Below are positions 53,869 through 62,629 of a DNA stretch of 64,000 nucleotides, in pieces. The first letter of the stretch is position 1; each line of letters opens with the position of its first letter. The DNA is from Candidatus Kutchimonas denitrificans (GTDB lineage Bacteria; Gemmatimonadota; Gemmatimonadetes; Palauibacterales; KS3-K002), in NCBI GenBank assembly GCA_011774835.1, contig JAACAK010000067.1:24169-88168 (forward strand). The letters are read 5' to 3'. Under the pieces are notes generated by a model. It made no database searches and had not been told where the DNA came from. It was given only the letters and a program-made list of their open reading frames with translations. The translations under genes were made by a program, and so were the position numbers.

Positions 53869-55443
53869 ATGGCTCGACAGCCCTCCGAGCCCGGCAAAAC
53901 ACCGGCCCGGCTGGGACCCCTCCAGCACCCGCTGATCTGGCTCTGTGCCGCGCACGTGCTGCTGGCCGTCCTGCTGTTCGACCCGAAGCCGTTCCTGGGC
54001 GGCGACAACTACTGGTACATGCTCCTCGGCGAGAGCTTGCGGACCGGGGAAGGGTACCGTGACCTGTGGCTTCCCTCCACACCGGCTCACACTCGGTACC
54101 CTCCTCTCTATCCCGCGTTGCTGGCGTTCCTCGGGCTTATCAAGGTCTCACCGGTCCTGTTCAAGCTCTTCTCCCTGGCCTGCACGACCGCGGTCACGGC
54201 GCTGGTCTTTCTGCTGACCGAGCGGCGCACGGGGGACCGTCAGCTTGCCCTGCTCGCCGGTGGTCTGGCAGCCGCCGCGCCGATTCTGGTCGAGTACGCT
54301 CATTGGGTGCTGTCGGAGCCGCTGTTCACGGTCCTCGTGCTGGTCGCCGTCTACGCGTTCAGCCGGGATGATGCGGCCGGGGACGTGAAGATCTTCGCGG
54401 TGGGGACTGGAGCGGCGATTCTGGCCAGCCTGGCGCGCAGCGCCGGCTACCCGCTGCTGCTGGCCATCCTGGTCAGCCTGGCGGCGCGTCGGCGGTGGAA
54501 GCGCTGCGCGATCTTCCTGGGTGCGGTCATCGTGGTGCTGGGCAGCTGGTGGCTGCGTAACCGGCTGGCGGTATCGGGCGACCTACCGTACACCCAGTGG
54601 ATCTTGTTCCGTGATCCGTACCGTCCAGAACTCGGGACTGTGGGCGCCGCCGAGCTGGTCGGGCGCTTCTTCCACAACCTGCAGGCCTACGCGCTGCGCG
54701 TACTGCCTCAATCCATGGCGGGACGCGACGTGAGCGGATTCGCCGCCGGGGTGCTGGGGACCGTCGCCACCGCGCTCCCGACCGCCGCGGCGCTTCGCAA
54801 CCTGAAGCAGCTCAGGGTTACCGAGCTGTTCTTTATCTTCTACATGGGGTTGATCCTGCTGTGGCCTGAGGCCTGGTCGGACCAGCGGCTTCTGCTGCCC
54901 GCTTTGCCCGTCATCTTCGTTCTGCTGGTCGAAGGACTGGCGTGGGTGGCGGGGAAGGTCGATCGGCAGGGCAGGCGCGCGGGAGCCGTCACGTTCGTCG
55001 TGGGGGCCTTATTGGTCGCCGTAGCGGTATTGGGGAATCTGAGACTGGCGGCACGCGAGCTGGATTGCGCCCGGGCTTACTGGCGAGGGAACCGCTTCGC
55101 CTGCTACCCGGCGGCGGTGGTGGATTTCATCCGAACCGCGAACTGGACGGCCCAGAACACGGACCGGCAGGCCATCGTCGTCAACCGTAAGCCGCAGATC
55201 TTCTACTGGTACGGCCGACGCCGGGGGGACAATTATCCTTACACGGAAGACACGGATTCGGTGATGCATTTCCTGGACTCACTGGAAACCGACTACGTGA
55301 TCGTGGACCGGTGGAGCGCGACGACCTTCCGTTATCTGATCCCGGCCATCCAGGCGAACGCCGATCGATTCGGCCTCGCTCATCAGGAAGGCCAACCCGC
55401 CACCTTCTTGCTCACCTACTCCCGGTCCGGAGGTGGCCGATGA
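53869..55443 (+). CDS. GT-C superfamily membrane glycosyltransferase (ArnT/PMT-like), paralogue 2
   Basis: Same architecture and conserved blocks as 45683..47299 (FDPKPFLGGDNYWY…GYRDLWLPSTPAHTRYPPLYP…; C-terminal …DTDSVMHFLDSLETDYVIV…TFRYLIPA…). Confidence 0.75.
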   Translation: MARQPSEPGKTPARLGPLQHPLIWLCAAHVLLAVLLFDPKPFLGGDNYWYMLLGESLRTGEGYRDLWLPSTPAHTRYPPLYPALLAFLGLIKVSPVLFKLFSLACTTAVTALVFLLTERRTGDRQLALLAGGLAAAAPILVEYAHWVLSEPLFTVLVLVAVYAFSRDDAAGDVKIFAVGTGAAILASLARSAGYPLLLAILVSLAARRRWKRCAIFLGAVIVVLGSWWLRNRLAVSGDLPYTQWILFRDPYRPELGTVGAAELVGRFFHNLQAYALRVLPQSMAGRDVSGFAAGVLGTVATALPTAAALRNLKQLRVTELFFIFYMGLILLWPEAWSDQRLLLPALPVIFVLLVEGLAWVAGKVDRQGRRAGAVTFVVGALLVAVAVLGNLRLAARELDCARAYWRGNRFACYPAAVVDFIRTANWTAQNTDRQAIVVNRKPQIFYWYGRRRGDNYPYTEDTDSVMHFLDSLETDYVIVDRWSATTFRYLIPAIQANADRFGLAHQEGQPATFLLTYSRSGGGR

Positions 55444-56171
55444 GGGATGCGGTCAAGCCGCAGGTCGCCAGCGACCCGATCGGTGAGGAGACGCTGCAAA
55501 TCATGCGGCACGCCAGCCGCTACAACCGCTGGATCGCCGAGCTCATACAGCCGTATCTGGGGGACAGGGTTCTCGAGGTCGGGGCGGGAATCGCCAACAT
55601 GACCCCGTTCCTGCTGCCGCGCGAATACGTGGTGGTCACCGACCCGGACCCGGCCTACCTCGCCGTACTGAAACAACGGATGGGCGATGAGCCCACGGTA
55701 GTGGTGCGCTCCCTGAAGCTTCCCTCGATCTCCGAAGACTGGAAAGCCGAGCGGCTCGATACCGCGGTGCTGCTGAATATCCTCGAGCACGTCGAGGAGG
55801 ATGTGGAGTCGCTCGTCAGCCTGACGGACATCCTGATGCCAGGCGGCCGGATCGTCGTTTTCGTTCCGGCGGTCCCGGCGCTCCACGGCTCATTGGACAG
55901 GGCGCTCAGCCATCATCGTCGCTATTCGAAGGAGGAGCTGTGGGTGAAGCTGGAGAGCGCGGGCCTGGAGGTCGAGGAGCTTCGCTACTGCAACTTCGTC
56001 GGGATGTTCGGATGGTGGTTCTATAGCCGTGTGATCCGCCGGCAGGTGCTGCCGGCGTTGCAGGTGCGGCTGTTCGATCTGATGGTTCCGCTGCTTTCGC
56101 GTCTCGAGAGGCTGGTTCACCCTCCCATCGGCCAATCGCTGCTGGCGGTGGCGCGGAAGAGCCCGCGCTAG
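55440..56171 (+). CDS. Class I SAM-dependent methyltransferase
   Basis: Motif I …VLEVGAGIANMT… and post-I acidic residue. ATGA overlap with the preceding GT-C stop. Confidence 0.8.
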   Translation: MRDAVKPQVASDPIGEETLQIMRHASRYNRWIAELIQPYLGDRVLEVGAGIANMTPFLLPREYVVVTDPDPAYLAVLKQRMGDEPTVVVRSLKLPSISEDWKAERLDTAVLLNILEHVEEDVESLVSLTDILMPGGRIVVFVPAVPALHGSLDRALSHHRRYSKEELWVKLESAGLEVEELRYCNFVGMFGWWFYSRVIRRQVLPALQVRLFDLMVPLLSRLERLVHPPIGQSLLAVARKSPR

Positions 56172-56198
56172 TCCGCCCGATGGGGCCGGTCGGCTCCG

Positions 56199-56924
56199 CT
56201 AGGGGACCAACGCGTCCACCCGATCGGTGACATCGGAGCTCTCCAGACGACCCCCCATGACGTAGATGATCCCGTCCAGGGCGGCGGCACGGGCCTCGTA
56301 TCGGGCAACCGGCAAGGAGGGAAGCGTCAACCACTTTTCTTCCAGGGGATCGAAAGCCTCGACCTTATCGCTAACGCCTGTGTCGGCGAGGCCGCCGATG
56401 ATGTGTATCCGATCATCGAGCATGGCGAGCGCGCCCTGGTCCCGGGCGACCGGCATCGATGGAAGGGTGCTCCACGCCTCGCTCACGACATCGTAGGCGA
56501 AGACCTCGCTGGTATAACCGAATCTCGTCCTTCCACCGAAGTAGTAGACCCTGGTTCCGTAGGCGGCAGCGTGGCCCGCACGAGTCGCCGCAGGCATGGG
56601 TTGCACCTGGAACCAGCCGGGAACGTCGATCACCGCGATCGCGCTGAGAACGCCGCTGTGAGCCGTGACCCGCGTGCGGCCAGCGCCCACCCCGGTAACC
56701 CGGCCTTCCGCCGTGATCCGAGCCACGAAGCTCTTCTCCGAGTCCCACCTCACGTCCGTCGCCAGGGTGAGACGACCCGAGGCCCGCCGGGCTTGCGCCG
56801 TCAGATCCGCCTCCGCGCCGCTCGGCAAACGAAGCGTGTCCGGGCTCACCTGGAGGCCGACCACCGGGTCGGGCGTGACGACGATCGTCGCCTCGGCGGC
56901 CAGATCGTCGAGTCGCGCCCTCAC
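56199..56924 (-). pseudogene. Fragment of a Big_2 (bacterial Ig-like) plus Kelch-repeat protein: only ~3 β-propeller blades, no signal peptide
   Basis: Big_2-like N-terminal 90 aa, then three Kelch-type repeats (…VYYFGG…, …IHIIGG…, …IYVMGG…) and an immediate stop. In-frame stop 22 codons upstream of the GTG start. A full propeller would need 6 blades. Confidence 0.45.
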
Positions 56925-57013
56925 AGATGTCCGAACTGACGGGGCTGTGAGCGATGAATGTGTTAGGGTAGGGCGAGGAGACGGAGAGCGTCAAAAGTGG
57001 AGGCTGAAGGTAA

Positions 57014-57029
57014 CATAATATGTATTATG
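57014..57029. promoter_or_regulatory. AT-rich palindrome CATAATA-tg-TATTATG in a 180-bp AT-richer spacer
   Basis: 7-bp perfect inverted arms, each resembling a TATAAT-like -10 hexamer on opposite strands. Lies upstream of the Kelch fragment and downstream of the TPR gene. Confidence 0.3.
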
Positions 57030-57105
57030 CGCCATTAGCGCCTACCGCGCCTTTTCGCGCCCCACAAGGCCGGTTCCGCGCCAGACCCGCGGCCCGGGGT
57101 CCCCG

Positions 57106-57810
57106 TTACTGCCCGGCCGTGCCGCTATCGGAGCCCGAACGCACCGGTGGGACGGCCTCGGCCCGGTATTCTGCCGCCCGCATGAGGTAGAAATCATGGG
57201 CCGCGGCTTCGGGGGGCGTGATCTCCGCCAGCTGTTCGAGTATCCGGGCGGCGCCCTGGGGATCGCCGAAAGCGGCCTTCAAACGGGCGGCAGCCTGCAG
57301 CGCGCGGCTCTTCTGGACCCTAGCCTCGACCTCACGGCCGATATCCTCATATACGGCGATTGCGGCGGCGGTATCGGCGACCTCCTCGTAGGCGGCGGCC
57401 AGGAGGAACGCCGCGCGGATCGAGAGGACGTCGTGCTCCAGCTCCCGGACCGCCTCGCGGGCCGGCGCCACGGCCTCTCCCGGCCGATTCTGGAGGAGGA
57501 GCGCGTAGGCGAGGAGAACGCGGCCCTCGCGTGCGTAGGAGCTGCCGTCGTACTGAGCGATGAGGCCTCGCAGCTGTTCGACAGCCTGTGCGGGGTTGTT
57601 GTTCGCCTGGAAACGGATCGCGCGAAGCTCGCTGGAGGCGGCCTCTTCGACGCGTCGGGTGTAGTCGATGTAGTACTTGACGCTGAAGCCGATGATGGCG
57701 AGGGCAGCGATTCCGAGGACAAGAGCGCGGGTGTTGCGCTGAGCCCAGGCCCCGAACTCATAGACGGTCTGGATGAAGCGATCCTCACCCGTGGGCCGAG
57801 GTTGCGGCAT
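57106..57810 (-). CDS. YfgM-like membrane-anchored TPR-like protein
   Basis: N-terminal cytoplasmic stretch, one TM helix (…ALVLGIAALAIIGFSV…), then a periplasmic α-helical TPR-like domain. Architecture resembles YfgM/UPF0070. Confidence 0.6.
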   Translation of the reverse strand: MPQPRPTGEDRFIQTVYEFGAWAQRNTRALVLGIAALAIIGFSVKYYIDYTRRVEEAASSELRAIRFQANNNPAQAVEQLRGLIAQYDGSSYAREGRVLLAYALLLQNRPGEAVAPAREAVRELEHDVLSIRAAFLLAAAYEEVADTAAAIAVYEDIGREVEARVQKSRALQAAARLKAAFGDPQGAARILEQLAEITPPEAAAHDFYLMRAAEYRAEAVPPVRSGSDSGTAGQ

Positions 57811-57818
57811 AGACTCCT

Positions 57819-58442
57819 CTATTCCCGTTGTTCACGCTTCGCGGCCAGGTAGCCGGCGGCGAAGGCGCGTGAAATGATCTCATCGTCGGCGGCCGGGCCC
57901 AGCTCTGCCGCCAGTTTCTTGATCTGTTCTCCGTGCTTGCCCCTGAACAGATCTCGTGCGGTGTCCGTAACGTCATCCGAGAGAGCGGCGGGCGGCTCGG
58001 AGGGCTCGAGATCGGGTCCGACGGCGTCGGCACCCGAAAGGAAGTCAGGAAGCCCTGCTTCGTCGACCTCGACCTCTGTGGACTCTGCGACTCGCTCGGC
58101 CCCGCTCGCCGACGCGGCTGGCGATGGCGGTGGTGCGAGCTCACCCTCCCGCTCCAGACCGGGCGAATCTTCACGGAAGACTGCGTCGATCAGCACCTCA
58201 CCCTCGGAGCGCGTTGATTCCGCCGGCTCTGGTAACTCGATGGTCGGGACGGGCTCTGCCCCGAGATCCGGTTCGGGCACCGGGGCGGTTTCCTCGACAT
58301 CGGGCGTGGCCGGGGACGGGGCCGCCTTCGGGCCGGTATCGTCCCGGTCCGTCACGAACGGGGGTTCCATGTTTTCCTGGCCGGGCCGTTCGGCCGGTGG
58401 TCCTCCGGAGCCGCCGATGAACGGCGTAGGTACGGTCGGCAC
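57819..58442 (-). CDS. Acidic, Pro/Glu-rich low-complexity protein of unknown function
   Basis: 207 aa, extremely acidic and Pro-rich with an ordered C-terminal ~45 aa (…DLFRGKHGEQIKKLAAELGPAADDEIISRAFAAGYLAAKREQRE). Codon-position GC pattern is consistent with coding. Sits between the yqaA-like and TPR genes. Confidence 0.5.
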   Translation of the reverse strand: MPTVPTPFIGGSGGPPAERPGQENMEPPFVTDRDDTGPKAAPSPATPDVEETAPVPEPDLGAEPVPTIELPEPAESTRSEGEVLIDAVFREDSPGLEREGELAPPPSPAASASGAERVAESTEVEVDEAGLPDFLSGADAVGPDLEPSEPPAALSDDVTDTARDLFRGKHGEQIKKLAAELGPAADDEIISRAFAAGYLAAKREQRE

Positions 58443-58528
58443 GGTTCGCTTTTCCTCCTTCTGCTCGACGGGGATTCGGGCCCGAAATCTATATACAGGC
58501 CGGGCCGGGTCAAACCCCTAAACTGGCC

Positions 58529-59164
58529 TCAGTGAACGAATTTCAGCACCAAAAAGCCAAGGATCAAAGCCACCACGAAGGCGATCGTCAGGATATTGAA
58601 GTAGCGGTCGATGAAGACGCGGATCCTGGGTCCCCAGATGCGGATCAGCGCCGCAACCAGGAAGAAGCGGGCGCCGCGGCTTACGGCTGAGATGGCGACG
58701 AAGGGGAGAAACGGAACCGCGAAGGCGCCGGCCGCGATGGTGAAAACCTTGTACGGAATGGGGGTGAAGCCGGCGGTGCCGAGGGCCAGGACCAGGTTGG
58801 CACGGTACTGTTCGCCCACGTAGAGGAAGGCGTCGCCCGCGCTGTAGAATTCGATGATCGGACGTCCAATGGTCTCGTATAGCTCGACACCGATGACGTA
58901 GCCGAAGACACCGCCCAGCACGGAGCCGGCGGTGCATAGCAGGGCGAAGTACAGGCTGCGCCGGGCCTGTCCGACGCAGAGGGCGATGAGCAGTACGTCG
59001 GGAGGGACGATGAAGAACGAGGCCTCGATAAAGGCCAGGACGAAGAGTGCCAGCGCGCCGTACGGCGTCTCGGCCCAGCTGAGCACCCAATCGTAGAGGC
59101 GTCGGACGTACCCTCTTCGGGCCCCCTCGCCCACCGACGCTTTGTGCGAGAGGCCTGCTACCAT
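58529..59164 (-). CDS. YqaA/DedA-related (VTT-domain) membrane protein
   Basis: …FVLAFIEASFFIVPPDVLLIAL… motif typical of the YqaA family. 4-5 TM helices. Confidence 0.75.
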   Translation of the reverse strand: MVAGLSHKASVGEGARRGYVRRLYDWVLSWAETPYGALALFVLAFIEASFFIVPPDVLLIALCVGQARRSLYFALLCTAGSVLGGVFGYVIGVELYETIGRPIIEFYSAGDAFLYVGEQYRANLVLALGTAGFTPIPYKVFTIAAGAFAVPFLPFVAISAVSRGARFFLVAALIRIWGPRIRVFIDRYFNILTIAFVVALILGFLVLKFVH

Positions 59165-59847
59165 GGGTTCACCTCTTCCCCGCTTTCCTTCGAGCCCCCC
59201 AGTTGCTTGAAATCGACGAATCGTACCTGGGCGATGACCTCGTCCCTTACACTTCCATCCTGGGTTCGTTCGATCCTGTGAAGCGCTTGCGATTCCCCGT
59301 CACCAATCGGGATGAGCAGTCGGCCTCCGACGGCGAGCTGATCGACCAGCGGTTCGGGGACATCTCGAGCGCGCGCGGTGACGAGGATCGCGTCGTAGGG
59401 TGAATACCGCCGCCAGCCGTACCTTCCGTCTCCGGCACGGACCGCCACGTGGGTCAGGCCGAGCGCTTCGATTCGTGCTCGGGCCTTGGCGGCCAGCTGG
59501 GGCACGAGTTCGATGGAGAAGACGTGGGCGCAGAGGCAGGCCAGCAGTGCCGTCTGGAAGCCCGAACCGGTGCCGACCTCCAGGGCCCGTTCTCCGCCCT
59601 GCAGGCGTAGCGCCTGCAGATAGAGGGCGTGAGTGGTGGGACGCGATATCGTCTGGCCGTGACCGAGGGGCAGCGCTTCGTCCGCATAAGCGCGGGCCTG
59701 GAAGCGCTCGGGCACGAAGAGGTGTCGAGGCACCTGGTCGAACGCCTGAAGCACCGCCAGGTCGGTGATGCCACCCTGGCGGAGCCGCTCGATCAGACGG
59801 CGGCGACTCTCCTGATACGCCGTCAGCTCTCGAGGGTCAAATCCCAC
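59158..59847 (-). CDS. pcm: Protein-L-isoaspartate O-methyltransferase
   Basis: …HALYLQALRLQGGERALEVGTGSGFQTALLA… SAM-binding motif. Canonical surE-pcm pairing. GTG 59847 start inferred; the ORF-track start at 59958 would overlap surE extensively. Confidence 0.85.
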   Translation of the reverse strand: MGFDPRELTAYQESRRRLIERLRQGGITDLAVLQAFDQVPRHLFVPERFQARAYADEALPLGHGQTISRPTTHALYLQALRLQGGERALEVGTGSGFQTALLACLCAHVFSIELVPQLAAKARARIEALGLTHVAVRAGDGRYGWRRYSPYDAILVTARARDVPEPLVDQLAVGGRLLIPIGDGESQALHRIERTQDGSVRDEVIAQVRFVDFKQLGGSKESGEEVNPW

Positions 59848-60596
59848 GTCTGGATCTCCTCGATCAGCCGGTAATCGGTAAGGTCCAGGTGAAGCGGTGT
59901 CAGCGAGATATACCCCGCCGCCACGGCCCTGAAATCCGAGTCGTCGCGACCCGACCACTCGCTCTTGCCGCCGCCGATCCAGAAGTACTCGCGCCCGTAC
60001 GGGTCGCGCATGCGGGTCAGCGACTCGAGGTACACGCGGCGCCCCAGGCTGGCCACGCGAACGCCTCGGATCTCGGCCGGCCCGATCGACGGTATGTTGA
60101 TGTTGAGCAACGTGCCGGCCGGAAAGCCGGAGCGCCGGGCTATCCCGGTGAGCAACTTCTCGAGCAACGGTTCGTATTCATCACCGGGCGGCTCGAAGTC
60201 GTCGCTGGCGAATGAAAGGGCGACGGATGGGATCCCCAGCAGCGTGCTTTCCATGGCGGCGGCCACGGTCCCTGAGTAGAGCACGTCCTCCCCCAGGTTG
60301 GGCCCGTGGTTCACGCCGGAGAGCACCAGATCGGGGGCACGATCGCCGATCGCACCGCCCAGGGCGAGGAGGACGCAGTCGGTGGGGGTTCCGTCGACGT
60401 GGTAAAGGCCGTCCTGCGTTTGCCTCACCCGGAGGGGCCGATTCACGGTGAGTGAGTGGCTGGTTGCGCTCTGCTCGCGGTCGGGAGCAACGACCGTGAC
60501 GTCACCGAGACGAGCCGCGACACGGCTCAGCAGTGTCAGGCCGGGCGCCAGGTACCCGTCGTCGTTGGTGCAGAGGATCTGCGTGGCCAGCATCAC
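59823..60596 (-). CDS. surE: 5'/3'-nucleotidase SurE
   Basis: N-terminal …ILCTNDDGY… metal-binding motif and …GVNHGPNLG…. Confidence 0.9.
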   Translation of the reverse strand: MMLATQILCTNDDGYLAPGLTLLSRVAARLGDVTVVAPDREQSATSHSLTVNRPLRVRQTQDGLYHVDGTPTDCVLLALGGAIGDRAPDLVLSGVNHGPNLGEDVLYSGTVAAAMESTLLGIPSVALSFASDDFEPPGDEYEPLLEKLLTGIARRSGFPAGTLLNINIPSIGPAEIRGVRVASLGRRVYLESLTRMRDPYGREYFWIGGGKSEWSGRDDSDFRAVAAGYISLTPLHLDLTDYRLIEEIQTWDLTLES

Positions 60597-60961
60597 TCCT
60601 TGGCGCGAGGCTCTTCGAGGGTATCGAGCAGTTGGTGGACTCCCTCTCGCAAGCGCGCGAGGGCTTGACGATCGAGGGCGGCGCTGGCGACTTTGTCCAG
60701 CTCTCCGCCCTCGCGGAGCTTTTCCAACCTCTGTCGCGCGCCGTCGATCGTATATTTCTCGTCGTAGAGCAGGTGTTTGACCAGCTCGATGATCTTGATC
60801 TCGCGCGCACGATAGACTCGATTTCCGGCCCGATTCTTCGAGGGGCTGAGTTCCTTGAACTGCGTCTCCCAGTAGCGGAGCACGTGTGGCTTGAGCCCCG
60901 CCATCTCGCAGACTTCCCCGATGGAGAAGTACTCGCGACGAGCGATGCGGTCATGTCGCAT
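60593..60961 (-). CDS. MerR-family transcriptional regulator (small, 122 aa)
   Basis: N-terminal HTH …YFSIGEVCEMAGLKPHVLRYWE… and a C-terminal coiled-coil. Confidence 0.8.
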   Translation of the reverse strand: MRHDRIARREYFSIGEVCEMAGLKPHVLRYWETQFKELSPSKNRAGNRVYRAREIKIIELVKHLLYDEKYTIDGARQRLEKLREGGELDKVASAALDRQALARLREGVHQLLDTLEEPRAKE

Positions 60962-61964
60962 CGGCGCCTCCCCACAGCTCGGGTTTCGGCTCCCGCAGCA
61001 TCAGATCAGCGGTGGCCTGACGGGGCGACTTCCCGTTGAAGAGGATGTGGTGTACTTCATCGACGATCGGCATCTCGACCCCGTGTCGCGACGCCAGCTC
61101 GCGCGCCGCTCGGGTCGTGCGCACGCCCTCCGCCACGGACCTCATGCCCGAGAGAATGTCGTCCAGCGACTCACCCTCCCCCAGCCGCACGCCCACGGTC
61201 CGGTTGCGGCTCAGCTCCGCGTTGCAGGTGAGCACCAGGTCGCCCAACCCCGCCAGTCCGGCGAACGTCGTGGCCTTCGCGCCCATGGCGAGGCCCAGGC
61301 GCGTCATCTCGGCCAGGCCGCGGGTGATGAGCGCGGCGCGACTGTTGTGGCGGTAGCCCAACCCCACGGTAATCCCCGACGCCAGCGCGATGATGTTCTT
61401 GAGGGCGGCGGCCAGCTCCACGCCGGGAATGTCGTCGTTGGTATAGACGCGAAAGCGCTCGGTATTGAAGAACTCCTGGACGAAACGCGCCACGTCGGCG
61501 TCCCGGGAGGCAGCGACGATCGCCGTCGGATCCCCCTCCGCCACTTCCACGGCGAAGCTGGGCCCACAGAGCACGGTGGGCTCGTGCTCGGGCAGGAGCT
61601 CGATCAGGATCTCGCTGGGACGCTCCAGCGTATCGATCTCGATCCCCTTGGTGGCCGTCACCAGCCGCGCATCGGCCGGCACGTGTGGCGCCGCCTCGCT
61701 CATGACCTGCCGGTACCATTGCGAGGGAACCACCGCGACGACGAGCTCCGCTTCCTCCAGCGACTCGGCGTGATCCCGATACACCTCGATCGTGTCGGGC
61801 AGCCGGACGCCCGGCAGGTAGTCCAGGTTCTCGTGCCGGTCGGCGATACCCTCCGCCACCGAGGCCTCGTAGCACCAGAGGCGAACGCGGTGACCTTTTT
61901 CGGCCAGGACTTTCGCCAGTGCGGTACCCCAGCTCCCTGCCCCGATGACGGTCGCTCTGCCCAT
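60951..61964 (-). CDS. gpsA: Glycerol-3-phosphate dehydrogenase [NAD(P)+]
   Basis: …VIGAGSWGTALA… Rossmann motif and GpsA-family C-terminal domain. Internal ATG 61964 chosen. Confidence 0.9.
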   Translation of the reverse strand: MGRATVIGAGSWGTALAKVLAEKGHRVRLWCYEASVAEGIADRHENLDYLPGVRLPDTIEVYRDHAESLEEAELVVAVVPSQWYRQVMSEAAPHVPADARLVTATKGIEIDTLERPSEILIELLPEHEPTVLCGPSFAVEVAEGDPTAIVAASRDADVARFVQEFFNTERFRVYTNDDIPGVELAAALKNIIALASGITVGLGYRHNSRAALITRGLAEMTRLGLAMGAKATTFAGLAGLGDLVLTCNAELSRNRTVGVRLGEGESLDDILSGMRSVAEGVRTTRAARELASRHGVEMPIVDEVHHILFNGKSPRQATADLMLREPKPELWGGADAT

Positions 61965-61966
61965 TC

Positions 61967-62629
61967 TCACGCCTCGCTGGCCGCCTTGCCGGTTCCGATT
62001 TCCGATTCCGAGGTCGCCTCCGCCGACATCCCTCGCTCCGCCCGAGCCGTCCGCGGCTCGCGGCCTGCCGCCAGCCGCCGCAGGTTGGACCGATGCGTCC
62101 ACCAGACGAAGCAGGTCAGCGGCAAGCTAGACCAGAAGACGAAGTCGAAGCCGTTCCCCGACACCCAGATGAGGATGGGAAACGCCGAAGCCGCCAACAG
62201 CGACCCCACGGACGCGATTCGGATCGTGAGCATGACGACCAGCCAGATGACCGCGGCCATCGCCACCGCCAGCGGGGCCAGCGCCAGATAGACGCCGGCG
62301 CCCGTGGCCACTCCCTTGCCGCCGCGAAACTTGACCCAGATCGAAAAGACGTGACCGAGAATCGCGGCCACGCCGTAGGCCAGCGCCAGCTGCGGTGCGT
62401 CGACGCCGTCCAATCGAACGAAGTACCACGCCGGAACGAAGCCTTTCCCCACATCGATCAGGGCACACAGAAACGCGAGGGGCAGTCCGACCGCCCGATA
62501 CAGGTTGGTGGCGCCGAGGTTGCCGCTTCCCCACCGCCGCAGGTCGATCCCGCGGAGCCGTGCCAGCAACAGGCTCGTTGGCGTCGAGCCCAGCAGATAA
62601 GCCAGGACCAGCAGGCCGATCAGGATCAT
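61967..62629 (-). CDS. plsY: Glycerol-3-phosphate acyltransferase PlsY
   Basis: …YLLGSTPTSLLLARL…GSGNLGATN… PlsY motifs. ATG 62629 chosen; the ORF-track N-terminal extension includes an unlikely poly-Glu. Confidence 0.88.
   Translation of the reverse strand: MILIGLLVLAYLLGSTPTSLLLARLRGIDLRRWGSGNLGATNLYRAVGLPLAFLCALIDVGKGFVPAWYFVRLDGVDAPQLALAYGVAAILGHVFSIWVKFRGGKGVATGAGVYLALAPLAVAMAAVIWLVVMLTIRIASVGSLLAASAFPILIWVSGNGFDFVFWSSLPLTCFVWWTHRSNLRRLAAGREPRTARAERGMSAEATSESEIGTGKAASEA

Noticed and set aside
56413-56994. 193-aa minus-strand ORF overlapping the Kelch fragment in another frame
   Set aside because: It has a Gly/Arg/Asp-rich artefactual translation. The Kelch/Big_2 frame shows real domain periodicity.
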